A stretch of DNA of 64,000 nt from assembly GCA_963698765.1 (NCBI GenBank), contig CAVOSB010000035.1:48497-112496 (forward strand), written 5' to 3'. The notes under the pieces were generated by a model, which saw only the letters and a list, made by a program, of their open reading frames with translations, did no database searches and had not been told where the DNA came from. The position numbers and the translations under genes are program-made. Positions 32,547-42,860 of this stretch are shown here, piece after piece (the first letter of the stretch is position 1; each line of letters starts with the position of its first letter). This stretch comes from an uncultured Chloroflexia bacterium. GTDB lineage: Bacteria; Chloroflexota; Anaerolineae; Anaerolineales; UBA4823.

Positions 32547-33284
32547 TCAGCGAATTTCATACACGATACTCACCTCGACCGTCAGGATCAGCTGCCCGGG
32601 TGAGATCGGCACGCTGGCTGCTTCTTCCATCTTCACACCGCTGCTCAGGTCATACACCGGTCTGGGCGAGCTCCCGCCGTAGATGCTCATCGTCTGCACT
32701 TCGCCCAGGCTGACTCCCGCAGCAGCCGCCATCTCCTCGGCGATCGATTGGGCATCGGCTACGGCCGCCTTGCGGGCAGCCGACATGGCGGCGGTCTTGT
32801 CATCCACGTCGAACTGGATCCCACCGATCGAGTTGGCGCCTGCTTCGACCACTGCATCCAGCAGGTCGCCGATCTGGTCCAGGTCGCGCACCGTCACGTA
32901 GACCGTGTTATCCACCATGTACAGGATCTCGCCGGTGGGTTTGCCTTCATTATCGTATTGTTGCTGCGGGTAGATGCTGAAATTGGTGGTCTGGATATCC
33001 TTGGCCTCGATGCCGAACTCCTTCAGAGTGTCGGCAACCGCCTGCGTCTGGGCACTGTTGGCGCTCACCGCCGCAGCCGCGCTCTTGTTCTCGGTGTGCA
33101 CGCCGATGTTAATAGAAGCAATATCCGGTGTCAGGATCGCTTTCCCGCTGCCAGATACAGAAATAGTGCGGGTGACAGGATTTTCGCTTTCGGTGCTGGT
33201 CTGTGCGGATGCCACACCAGCGCACCCGCTGATCAGGCTGGATAAAAGCATGATTGAAATTACAACGAACATTGTTTTACGCAT
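32547..33284 (-). CDS. SIMPL/DUF541 domain periplasmic lipoprotein
   Basis: MRKTMFVVISIMLLSSLISGCAG (lipobox) is followed by ISVSGSGKAILTPDIASINIGV...AAVADAQSIAEEMAAAAGVSLGEV...PGQLILTVEVSIVYEI. Confidence 0.85.
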   Translation of the reverse strand: MRKTMFVVISIMLLSSLISGCAGVASAQTSTESENPVTRTISVSGSGKAILTPDIASINIGVHTENKSAAAAVSANSAQTQAVADTLKEFGIEAKDIQTTNFSIYPQQQYDNEGKPTGEILYMVDNTVYVTVRDLDQIGDLLDAVVEAGANSIGGIQFDVDDKTAAMSAARKAAVADAQSIAEEMAAAAGVSLGEVQTMSIYGGSSPRPVYDLSSGVKMEEAASVPISPGQLILTVEVSIVYEIR

Positions 33285-33623
33285 TGCTTGCTCCTCTTTC
33301 ATTATCGTCCCAGATATTTTTATCACAAAATGACAGAACACTGCCAGTCTGCATCCTTACCATCTCATTTCAGGGGATAAGACGAAGCCGCCTGCCAAAA
33401 AGTTCCATATGACCTTTGCACAATTCATATACATTTCTAACGCCGCGCTGGTAGGGCGTTAATAACCTGGGTGTTATAATTTCACCCGACTAGATGCAAC
33501 ACACCAGCCATCCCCGCAGGATTGGCCTGCCTTATTTCTCAAGATGATCTCGTCAAGGATGGGATCATCCATTTTTCTTTATTTTCAGGCTGGTGGCGCT
33601 ATCTACGTTATGAGGATAGTCCC

Positions 33624-36116
33624 ATGATGCGATTTGACCGATTTACTGAGCGCGCCCAGGAAGCCGCTCAGCGGGCTGCCGAGATCATCCAGCGCTACGG
33701 GCACAACCAGATCGATACCGAGCACATCCTGCTGGCGCTGATCGAACAGCCCCAGGGTGTGATCCCCCAAATTCTCGAAATCCTTAAAGGTCGATACCAA
33801 CGCGCTGACCGAGCGCCTGGATTACATCCTGCGCACCAGCCCCAAGGCCAATATCTTCGGCGGCGGCGCCGGGCAGATTTTCATCACCCCGCGCGTGAAG
33901 CGCATTATCGACCTGGCCAACGAAGAAGCCAACCGCCTGAAAGACGAATATATCTCCACCGAGCACATCTTCCTGGCCATCCTGACCGAGCGCAGCACGC
34001 CCGCCGCCCGCCTGCTGGAAGGCGCCGGCGTGACCCGCGAGCGCGTCTACGATGCCATCCAGCAAATCCGCGGCGGCCAGCGCGTCACCGACCCGCAGGC
34101 CGAGACGCGCTACCGCACCCTGGACCGCTACTCGCCGCGACCTGACCCAACTGGCCCGCGAAGGCAAGCTCGACCCGGTCATCGGCCGTGACACCGAGAT
34201 CCTGCGCGTGATCCAGATCCTGTGCCGGCGCACCAAGAACAACCCGGTGCTGATCGGGGAAGCCGGGGTGGGCAAGACCGCCATCGTCGAAGGGCTGGCG
34301 CAGAAGATCGCCACCAACGACGTGCCCGAGATCCTGTCCGGCAAGCGCGTCCTGGCGCTGGACCTGGGCGGCATGATCGCCGGATCGCGCTTCCGCGGCG
34401 AGTTCGAAGAGCGGCTGAAGGCTGCCCTGGAGGAGATCCAGCGCGCCCAGGGCGAGGTGATCCTGTTCATCGACGAGCTGCACACCGTGGTGGGGGCAGG
34501 AGCGGCGCAGGGCGCCATGGACGCTTCCAACATGCTCAAGCCAGCCCTGTCGCGCGGCGAGCTGCAGTGCGTGGGCGCCACCACGCTGGACGAGTACCAC
34601 AAGCACATCGAGAAAGACGCCGCCCTGGAGCGCCGCTTTGCCCCGGTGTTCGTGGAAGAGCCCAGCGTCGACGAGACCATCCAGATGCTGCACGGCCTGC
34701 GCGACCGCTACGAGGCGCATCACAAGGTGCGCTTCGCCGACCAGGCCCTGGTCGACGCCGCCCGGCTGTCCTCGCGCTACGTCACCGAGCGCCACCTGCC
34801 CGACAAGGCCATCGACCTGATCGACGAGGCCGCCGCCAAGCTGCGCGTGGCCCTGTATTCGCTTGCCTCCCGAGCTGAAAGCGCGCAAGACCGAAATCGA
34901 CCGCCTGACTGCCGAAGAAGAGCAGGCCGGCACCGAGCGCGATTACGAGCGCGCCGCCCAGAAGAAAGCCGAGCGCCTGCGCCTGGAAGCCGAATTCAAC
35001 CAGCTGCGCGACCAGTGGGAGGCCGAGCACCAGCTCGACGAAGTGGTCGACTCCGAGGATATCGCCGAGGTCGTGGCGCAGTGGACCGGCATCCCGGTCA
35101 GCCAGATGATGGAGACCGAATCCGAAAAGCTGCTGCAAATGGAAGCAGCGCCTGCATGAGCGCATCATCGGCCAGGAAGAGGCCATCCACGCCATCTCCG
35201 ACGCCATCCGCCGGGCGCGCTCCGGTCTGAAAGACCCGCGCCGCCCGATCGGCTCGTTCATCTTCATCGGCCCCTCCGGCGTCGGCAAGACCGAGCTGGC
35301 CAAAGCGCTGGCCTGGTTCATGTTCGACGACGAAGACGCCCTGGTGCGCATCGACATGAGCGAGTACCGCGAGCAGCACACCGTCTCACGCCTGTTCGGC
35401 GCTCCGCCCGGTTATGTCGGCTACGAGGAAGGCGGCCAGCTCACCGAAGCCGTGCGCCGCCGCCCCTACCGCGTGATCCTGTTCGATGAGATCGAAAAAG
35501 CGCACCCCGAAGTCTGGAACGCCCTGCTGCAGATCCTGGACGACGGCCGCCTGACCGATGGCCAGGGCCGCGCGGTCGACTTCCGCAACACGCGTGCTGA
35601 TCATGACCAGCAACCTGGGCACCGAATACGTGCGCCGCTCGGGCAGCCTGGGCTTCCTGCAGAACCGCGGCGACGACGACGAGCGCCAGGAGCACGAGAA
35701 GATCGAGAAGGCGCTTAAGAGGCACCTTCCGCCCCGAGTTCCTCAACCGCATCGATGAGATCATCACCTTCTCGCCGCTCTGCCTGGAGCAGATGGGCCA
35801 GATCGTCGATCTGCAGATGAAAGAGGTGCAGCGAGCGCCTGAGTGAGCGCGGCCTGAAGGTCGAGCTGACCCCGGCCGCCCGCGACTGGCTGGCAAACGA
35901 AGGCTTCGACCCTGCCTTTGGCGCCCGCCCGCTCAAGCGCGCCCTGCAAAAGCACGTCGAAAGCCCGCTCTCCATCGCCTGCTGGCTGGCGAGTTCAGCG
36001 AGGGCGACACCATCCTGGTGGACGTGGACGAAGCCGCCAACAAGCTGGTTTTCAAGCAGGAGAAGAACTCCCCCGTCCAGGCTGAAAAGCTGAAGAATGT
36101 GGAAGCTGCCCAGTAG
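33624..36116 (+). CDS. clpC: Class I Clp/Hsp100 AAA+ ATPase, ClpC-like (about 8 apparent frameshifts)
   Basis: Clp_N repeats are present ([13 protein letters not shown]...[13 protein letters not shown]). NBD1 reads [44 protein letters not shown] short UVR-like M-domain follows ([28 protein letters not shown]). NBD2 reads [21 protein letters not shown]...[29 protein letters not shown]. An LGF tripeptide (SLGFLQ) is compatible with a ClpP-docking loop. The N-domain also resembles ClpB, so ClpC versus ClpB is not fully settled. Confidence 0.85.
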
Positions 36117-36132
36117 TTTTTAATCACCAATC

Positions 36133-36157
36133 AAAAAAGCGCCGACGGCGCTTTTTT
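36133..36157. terminator. Bidirectional intrinsic terminator
   Basis: aaaaaagcgccgacggcgctttttt: a GC stem flanked by an A-run and a T-run, 17 nt after the clpC stop. Confidence 0.8.
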
Positions 36158-36322
36158 GATTTCTATGTCTATAAATACCCCTTTTTAATTTGGATTCCAA
36201 TTGGAAGCAACAATTCACTCAATCTTCAAACCATCTTCACTTACTATTCAAACCGGGTTGTTATATTTATCGCATCCGATAAGGATAAAAACAAAATTCA
36301 GGTATTCGAAGGAGATTTAGAA

Positions 36323-36923
36323 ATGAAAACAAATAGGTTAACAGTTTTTGCGATTTTCCTGGCGCTTGTATTTGCCGTGACTGCCAGTACGCCTGCATCC
36401 GCTGCATCCGCCGGGGTTCCAGCCAATCCAAACAATCCAGGAACTACAATGCCAGGCACGGGAGGGTACGGCAATGGCCGTGGTGATAAATCCCGGCCAG
36501 GGTACTGGCAGAGGCGGTTTGGCTCTCGGCCCGTTATCCGAAGCGGAGATCGATGGGCTGTTGAGAGCACTCCAGGAGGAATACCGCGCCGGGGCTCTTT
36601 ACCATAGCGTTTTGGACACCTTCGGCGATGTCTACCCGTTCAATTACATTGTCTTGTCGGAAGCACAGCATGCTTCCCAGCTCGTCCGGCTCGCCCAGAA
36701 ATATGGCGTCACTGTGCCAGACTCCAGCTATGCGGGCGAACTTCCGGAATTCTCGACACTGGCGGCAGCCTGCCAGGCGGGTGTGGATGCCGAGATCGCC
36801 GATGCTGCCCTCTACGATGAGATCATGCCCGCCACCACGCATGCCGACCTGCTGAGAGTATATGCCAACTTGAAGGCTGCCTCCCTGAACAACCACCTGC
36901 CGGCATTCCAGGCATGTGAATAA
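36323..36923 (+). CDS. Secreted ferritin-like DUF2202 family protein (frameshift near 36480)
   Basis: The signal peptide is MKTNRLTVFAIFLALVFAVTAS. It is followed by LSEAEIDGLLRALQEEYRAGALYHSVLDTFGDVYPFNYIVLSEAQHASQLVRLAQKYGV. Confidence 0.7.
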
Positions 36924-36985
36924 AGGATTAGAGTAGCTCAGATTGATGTTGAAGATCTAAAGCACCAATCAACAATGCAACGATA

Positions 36986-37021
36986 AACCATCCCGGATAA
37001 ATTTCGCCGGGATGGTTTTTA
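36986..37021 (+). terminator. Intrinsic terminator
   Basis: aaccatcccgg-ataaatttcg-ccgggatggtt (an 11-bp stem) followed by tttt. Confidence 0.75.
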
Positions 37022-37062
37022 TATACATACCTGAAGTGATGATAAGAGTATAATTATCCATT

Positions 37063-38137
37063 ATGACCACTTCCGCCTCTCCCCACTCCCCACCCAAAAA
37101 ATCTCGCAAACCGTTGAAAGTGATCGGCTGGGTCTTGCTCTTTATCCCGATCATTATCATCCTCTCGATCCCGGTTGGAGCAGCCTACCAGGCGATCGCC
37201 ACCACCATTGAAGACCGCCTGTTCCCACCCCCCGGCACCCTGGTGGAGGTCGATGGTGAACAGATGCATCTCTTCTGCCAGGGCGAAGGCAGCCCGACCG
37301 TGGTGTTCGAATCCGGTATGGGAAATTCCGGCTACAGCTTCCTCAACATCCACAAGCAGCTTGCCGGCAGGACGCGGGTTTGCCTGTACGACCGCCCTTC
37401 ACTGGGATGGAGCGCGGTCAACGAGCAGTGGTACATGAAGGATCAGGTCAGCCAGCACCTGCATAACTTACTGGAGCAGGCCGGTGAAAAGCCCCCCTAT
37501 CTCATGGTCGGGCATTCCATGGGTGGCGTCTACATCCGCGCTTTTTATCATCTGTATCCCGGACGAAGTGGTCGGTATGGTATTCGTTGATTCCGCACAC
37601 GAGAACGAGATGGCTTTTTACCCGGAGCCTGAAGGCTCGACACCAGATTATTTCTCGACCATGATGGACTTTTGTGAATTCATCGCCGGCGTGGGTGTGC
37701 TGCGTGCCACCGGCGTGATGGGTGAAATCATCGAAGGCAGCCCCGGGACGGCGCTCGAACAGCGCCAGATCCTTTCCCGCCTGAACCGTGTTTCTTACTG
37801 CAAAGGGATTCGTGTCGAGAAAGAAGTGTCTGATATCGAGCTCAGCCAGACCACGCCTCCCGCCTCGCTGGGTGACTTACCCCTGATCGTCCTGGTCGGC
37901 GCCAAACAGCTGAACCCGATCCGTAACCAGTTCTACATCGGTCCTTTGCCGCCCGCCCAGCGCCAGAACACCCAGACCTGGCAGGAAATCCAGAGCCAGC
38001 TGGCTGCTCTCTCCACCAACAGCGAGATGGTGCAGGCCCTGCAGAGCGGCCACTACGTGCACTGGGACGAGCCCCAGCTGGTCATCGACGCGATCAACAG
38101 GCTTCTCGACGCATACTCCCAGTCTCAGTCGAATTGA
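37063..38137 (+). CDS. Membrane-anchored alpha/beta hydrolase (frameshift near 37560)
   Basis: After an N-terminal TM segment come the oxyanion region VVFESGMGNSG and the nucleophile elbow MVGHSMGG. The sequence continues VVGMVFVDSAHE after the shift. Confidence 0.8.
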
Positions 38138-38297
38138 CTTAAATCTAACAATAAAACAAATGTGCTATAATCTAAGGTCTGGTAGCCACTGCCTGCCTTA
38201 CTTTTCTGTTTCCTTCTTCGCTTGCCTGGTTGCCTGATGGACTGAGTACCCGGTTGACCAATCGACCAATCAACAATTCGACTAATTACAAAGAATC

Positions 38298-41244
38298 ATG
38301 TCCCAAAATATCATTCGCGTCGTCGGGGCGCGTGAACACAACCTTAAAAATATCTCCGTCGACATCCCGCGCGACCAGCTGGTGGTGATCACCGGGTTGT
38401 CTGGCTCGGGAAAATCCTCCCTGGCTTTCGACACCATCTTCGCCGAGGGCCAGCGTCGCTACGTCGAATTGCTTTCCGCCTACGCCCGCCAGTTCCTGGG
38501 CCAGATGGACAAGCCCGACGTCGATTACATCGAAGGGCTCTCCCCTGCCGTATCCATCGACCAGAAGGGGACCTCGCACAATCCACGCTCCACCGTCGGC
38601 ACGGTAACCGAGATTTATGATTACCTGCGCCTGCTCTTCGCCCGGGCTGGCATCCCGCACTGCCCCGAATGCGGTCGCCAGGTCGCCCGGCAGTCCGCGC
38701 AGGAAATTGTGGATGCAGTCGAAGAGTTGCCGGATGGGGCGCGCATCCTGATCCTGTCACCGCTGGTGCGCGGGCGCAAGGGCACCCACCAGGCCGTGCT
38801 GGAGGAAATCCGCAAAGCCGGCTTCGTGCGCGCACGCGTGGACGGCGCCTTGCACGAGCTGGATGAAGACATCCAGATGGACCGCTATAAAATCCATACC
38901 ATCGAAGCGGTGGTTGACCGTCTTATCGTGCAGCGCCAGGATGATTTTTCCGATTCCCAGTCCTCTCGCTCCCGCCTGACCGATTCGATCGAGACGGCGC
39001 TGAAATTCGGCGACGGCTACCTGACCGTCCACTGGCTCAATTCCCCCCCTCCCCCGACCCCTCTCCCTTGAGGGAGACCTGTCCCGAGGAACGGGGGAGG
39101 GTGAGGGTGAGGGTAAAGACCTGCACTTCTCCGAGCACCTGGCCTGCCCGGAGCATGGCTCGGTGCTGCCGGAAATCGAGCCGCGCACCTTCTCCTTCAA
39201 CACGCCTCACGGCGCCTGCCCGGAGTGCCAGGGACTGGGAGGCAGGCTGGAGATCGATCCCGACCTGCTGATACCCAACCGCGACCAGTCGCTGCGCGAG
39301 GGTGCCATCATCGCCTCCGAATGGCACGGTCCGCGTGAAGAAGGCGGCTACTACTGGCAGGCTCTCGAAGCGGTGGCCAAACACTATAAGATCGACCTGG
39401 ACGCACCGGTGCGGAGCATACCACAGGAAAAGCTGGATTTGATCCTGTACGGCACGGGCAGCGAGAGAGTCACCATCCATTACCGCAACAAGGACGGCCG
39501 CACCGCTTCCTGGCAGCTGTCATTCGAAGGGGTGGTGGGCAACCTGCAGCGCCGCTTCAACGAAACCAGCTCGGAGGCTATACGCGAGCGCATCTCCGAA
39601 TTCATGAGCGAGCAGCAGTGCACCACCTGCCACGGCGCCCGTCTGCGCAAGGAAGCTCTGGCGGTCACCGTGGATGATGCCAATATCGTCCAGGTTACAC
39701 AGTGGCCGGTGGCCAGGACTCTGGAATGGGCCAGGCGCCTCTCCTCCAGCGAAACCCCACTCACCTCGCGCCAGCAGGCCATCGCCGAAAGGGTGCTCAA
39801 GGAAATTCTTTCCCGCCTGGGCTTCCTGGTGGACGTCGGGTTGGATTACCTGACCTTGCAGCGTTCCGCAGCCTCGCTTTCCGGCGGTGAAGCCCAACGC
39901 ATCCGGCTGGCGACGCAGATCGGCTCGCGGCTGATGGGCGTGCTCTACGTGCTGGACGAGCCTTCTATCGGCCTGCACCCGCGCGACAACAACCGTCTGT
40001 TGAACACCCTCAAAGGTCTGCGCGACCTGGGCAATTCCGTCCTGGTGGTCGAGCACGACAGCGAAACCATCCGCACCGCCGACTGGGTCATCGACCTGGG
40101 ACCGCTGGCTGGTGAGCACGGCGGGAGGATCGTAGCCCAGGGCACGGTAGAAGACATCCTGGCTTCGCCCGAATCCCTGACCGGCGGCTATCTCTCCGGC
40201 CGGCTGAAAGTAGACATTCCGCGTGACCGGCGCAATGGAAATGGCAAGCACCTGTCCATCTTCGGCGCACGCCAGAATAATTTGAAGAACATCGACGTGC
40301 GCATCCCGCTGGGAAAATTCGTGTGCATCACGGGCGTCTCCGGTTCGGGCAAGTCCACCCTGATGGTCGAAATCCTGTATAAAGCGCTGGCGCGCGATCT
40401 GAACGGTGCCCACACCCAGCCCGGCGATTACGACCGCATCGCAGGACTGGAATACCTGGATAAGATCATCAATATCGACCAGTCGCCCATCGGGCGCACG
40501 CCGCGTTCCAACCCGGGCACCTACACCGGCCTTTTCGACCACATCCGGGCGCTGTTCGCCGAGCTGCCCGAGAGCAAGGTGCGAGGCTACAAGCCGGGGC
40601 GCTTCTCATTCAACGTGCACGGCGGGCGCTGCGAAGCCTGCCAGGGGCAGGGCCAGCTGCGCATCGAGATGCAGTTCATGCCGGATGTGTACGTGCCCTG
40701 CGATGTTTGCCACGGCGCCCGCTTCAACCGCGAAACACTGCAGGTGAGGTTCAAGGACCTCAATGTCGCAGAAATCCTGGAGCTGACCGTAGACGAAGCC
40801 CTGGTGCTGTTTGCCGCTTTTTCACCCATGCTCAGCCGCCTGCAAACCCTGCAGGACGTCGGCCTGGGTTATATCCGCCTGGGGCAGCCTGCTCCTACTC
40901 TATCGGGCGGCGAAGCCCAGCGCGTCAAGCTGGCGCGCGAGCTGGCCCGCCGCGCCACCGGGCGTACGCTGTATGTGCTGGATGAGCCTTCGGTTGGGCT
41001 GCATGCCGCCGATGTCCACAAGCTGATCGAAGTGCTGCAGCGCCTGGTGGAAGCCGGAAACAGCGTGCTGATCATCGAGCACAACCTGGATATCATCAAG
41101 GTCGCCGATTACCTGATCGACCTGGGACCCGAAGGCGGAGACGGCGGCGGCGAAATCGTGGCCCAGGGCACTCCGGAGGAAGTCTGTGCCTGCGATCCTT
41201 CCTACACCGGGCAGTACCTGCGCCCATTCGTCTGTGACATGTAA
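38298..41244 (+). CDS. uvrA: Excinuclease ABC subunit UvrA, interrupted near 39041-39114 by a palindromic element and a frame change
   Basis: [52 protein letters not shown]...; the zinc module CPECG; downstream [40 protein letters not shown]; [12 protein letters not shown]; [12 protein letters not shown]; CEACQGQG...CDVCHGARF; [12 protein letters not shown]. Confidence 0.96.
39041..39114. repeat. ~74-nt GC-rich nested-hairpin (REP/MITE-like) element inside uvrA
   Basis: ttcccccccTCCCCCGacccCTCTCCCttgaGGGAGAcctgtcccgaggaaCGGGGGAgggtgagggtgagggt. ccctcccccg pairs with cgggggaggg, and there is an inner hairpin tctccc/gggaga. No UvrA-like residues are encoded here. Confidence 0.7.
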
Positions 41245-41250
41245 GTTAGA

Positions 41251-41363
41251 TGTAGGGCAATCTGTTAGATTGCTCGCTGCCAGGTCAACCGACTGTAGGG
41301 CAATCTGTTAGATTGCCACTGCCAGGACAACAGACTGTAGGGCAATCTGAAAATTGTCCTACA
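41251..41363. repeat. 42-43-bp tandem repeat (2.6 copies) of hairpin units downstream of uvrA
   Basis: tgtagggcaatctgttagattgc... restarts at 41251, 41294 and 41336. Each copy contains the hairpin gcaatct-gtt-agattgc. The last copy forms tgtagggcaat/attgtcctaca. Confidence 0.85.
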
Positions 41364-41434
41364 AATCGTGCGACTTTTTTCTCAACCCTTCGTCTTTAAT
41401 ATTGATTTACCTCACTAAATAAGGAGCTTTATTC

Positions 41435-42208
41435 ATGGACGCCCAAAAAATCAAACAAGAAGTACAAAGCCACTACGCCGCCATCGCCCGCCAGGAACAG
41501 GCCCGTCCCGAGGAACGAGGGAACGGCTGCGGTTGTGGCAGTGGTTGCTGTTCCACTGAGTCATCGAACGTGGTCGAGCTGGTGGATTACGGAATCCTGC
41601 AAGGAGACATGGTCAAGGAAGCCGACCTGGGATTGGGCTGCGGATTACCCACGCAGCACGCGGGTTTACAGCCTGGCGAAACCGTTTTAGACCTGGGTTC
41701 CGGAGCTGGCATCGACGTCTTCATCGCGGCCAAAGCTGTCGGCCCATCCGGTCGCGTGATCGGTGTTGACATGACCCCCGAGATGCTGGAACGTGCCCGC
41801 CTCAACGCCGCCAGGAGCAGCTTCAGGAATGTCGAATTCCGCCAGGGTGAGATCGAAGCCCTGCCGGTTGAAGACGGCAGCGTCGATGTGGTGCTATCAA
41901 ACTGCGTGATCAACCTGGTGCCCGACAAGCGCCGGGCATTCGCCGAGATCCACCGCGTGCTCAAACCCGGCGGCCGGTTTTCGATCTCCGACATGGTCAC
42001 CTACGGAGATGTCCCCGCTGAAATGCGCCAGGACATGGAGCTGTGGGCTGGCTGCATCGCCGGCGCAGTGGACCGCCAGGAATATCTGGATTTGATCGCA
42101 GCAGCTGGCTTTGGCGAAATTACGATCCACAGCTCCACCGAATACGAAACCCAAAAGGGAGCCGCATACGGCCTCCTCAGCCTGACATTAGGAGCGCGCA
42201 AGGCATGA
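41435..42208 (+). CDS. arsM: Arsenite S-adenosylmethionine methyltransferase (ArsM-type)
   Basis: It has a Cys-rich N-terminus (GCGCGSGCC), LGLGCGLP, the SAM motif VLDLGSGAGID, VLSNCVINL, and WAGCIAGA. These are the conserved ArsM cysteine contexts. Confidence 0.85.
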   Translation: MDAQKIKQEVQSHYAAIARQEQARPEERGNGCGCGSGCCSTESSNVVELVDYGILQGDMVKEADLGLGCGLPTQHAGLQPGETVLDLGSGAGIDVFIAAKAVGPSGRVIGVDMTPEMLERARLNAARSSFRNVEFRQGEIEALPVEDGSVDVVLSNCVINLVPDKRRAFAEIHRVLKPGGRFSISDMVTYGDVPAEMRQDMELWAGCIAGAVDRQEYLDLIAAAGFGEITIHSSTEYETQKGAAYGLLSLTLGARKA

Positions 42209-42762
42209 CTTCTTCGACGGGTGAGCTGTGGGAGGCATTTAACCGCCAACTCTACAGCTTCATCCGCAAACGAGTGAACGATACGCAGGACGCGGAAGAC
42301 CTCCTGCAGGAGGTCTTCCTACGCGTCCACACCCGCCTGGAGCGCCTGCGCGACCAGGAGCGCGTCGCCCCCTGGCTGTACCAGGTGACGCGCAACGCAA
42401 TTATCGATTATTACCGCGGTAAACGCGACCTGGAACCCCTGCTGGAGCAGCTCCCCGCCATGGACGAGCTAAAAGAGGCAGATCCCGCAGCGGAGATCGC
42501 CTCCAGCCTGGAGGAGATGGTGAGGAGCCTGCCTGACACCTACCGTGAAACCGTGCTGCTGAGCGAATTCCAGGGCAAGAACCACCAGGAGATAGCCGAG
42601 CAGCTCGGCATCACCCTGAGCGGTGTGAAATCGCGCGTTCAGCGTGGGCGGGAGCTGCTGCGCCGTGACTTATGGGAGTGCTGTCACTTCGAGTTCGACC
42701 GGCGCGGCCACCTGATCCATTACGAGCCGCAGCCGGAGTGCTGCCCGGTCTGTAGCTGCTGA
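42205..42762 (+). CDS. ECF-type sigma-70 factor with Cys-rich C-terminal extension (SigZ-like)
   Basis: Region 2 reads DAEDLLQEVFLRVH...APWLYQVTRNAIIDYYR. Region 4 reads YRETVLLSEFQGKNHQEIAEQLGITLSGVKSRVQRGRELL. The extension is WECCHFEFDRRGHLIHYEPQPECCPVCSC. The ATG overlaps the arsM stop (ATGA at 42205-42208). Confidence 0.8.
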   Translation: MTSSTGELWEAFNRQLYSFIRKRVNDTQDAEDLLQEVFLRVHTRLERLRDQERVAPWLYQVTRNAIIDYYRGKRDLEPLLEQLPAMDELKEADPAAEIASSLEEMVRSLPDTYRETVLLSEFQGKNHQEIAEQLGITLSGVKSRVQRGRELLRRDLWECCHFEFDRRGHLIHYEPQPECCPVCSC

Positions 42763-42860
42763 CCTGGGAATTACAGACCAGGTACAGTGACTCCCGGCAG
42801 GTTGGATAACCCGGACGAAAATCACAACCATTTCTGCTTGCCGTCGGATATCATAGAGAT

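Noticed and set aside
33624-36116. Calling the Hsp100 gene clpB.
   Set aside because: The M-domain is short and UVR-like (about 60 aa) rather than the long ClpB coiled coil. In addition, an LGF loop is present and the total length is about 830 aa. ClpC-like is favoured but not proven.
41251-41363. A possible CRISPR array. The same question applies to the 5719-5840 and 6010-6360 repeats.
   Set aside because: The repeats are directly adjacent or degenerate, with no unique spacers of regular length. No cas genes or leader are present, and the units are self-complementary REP-like hairpins.
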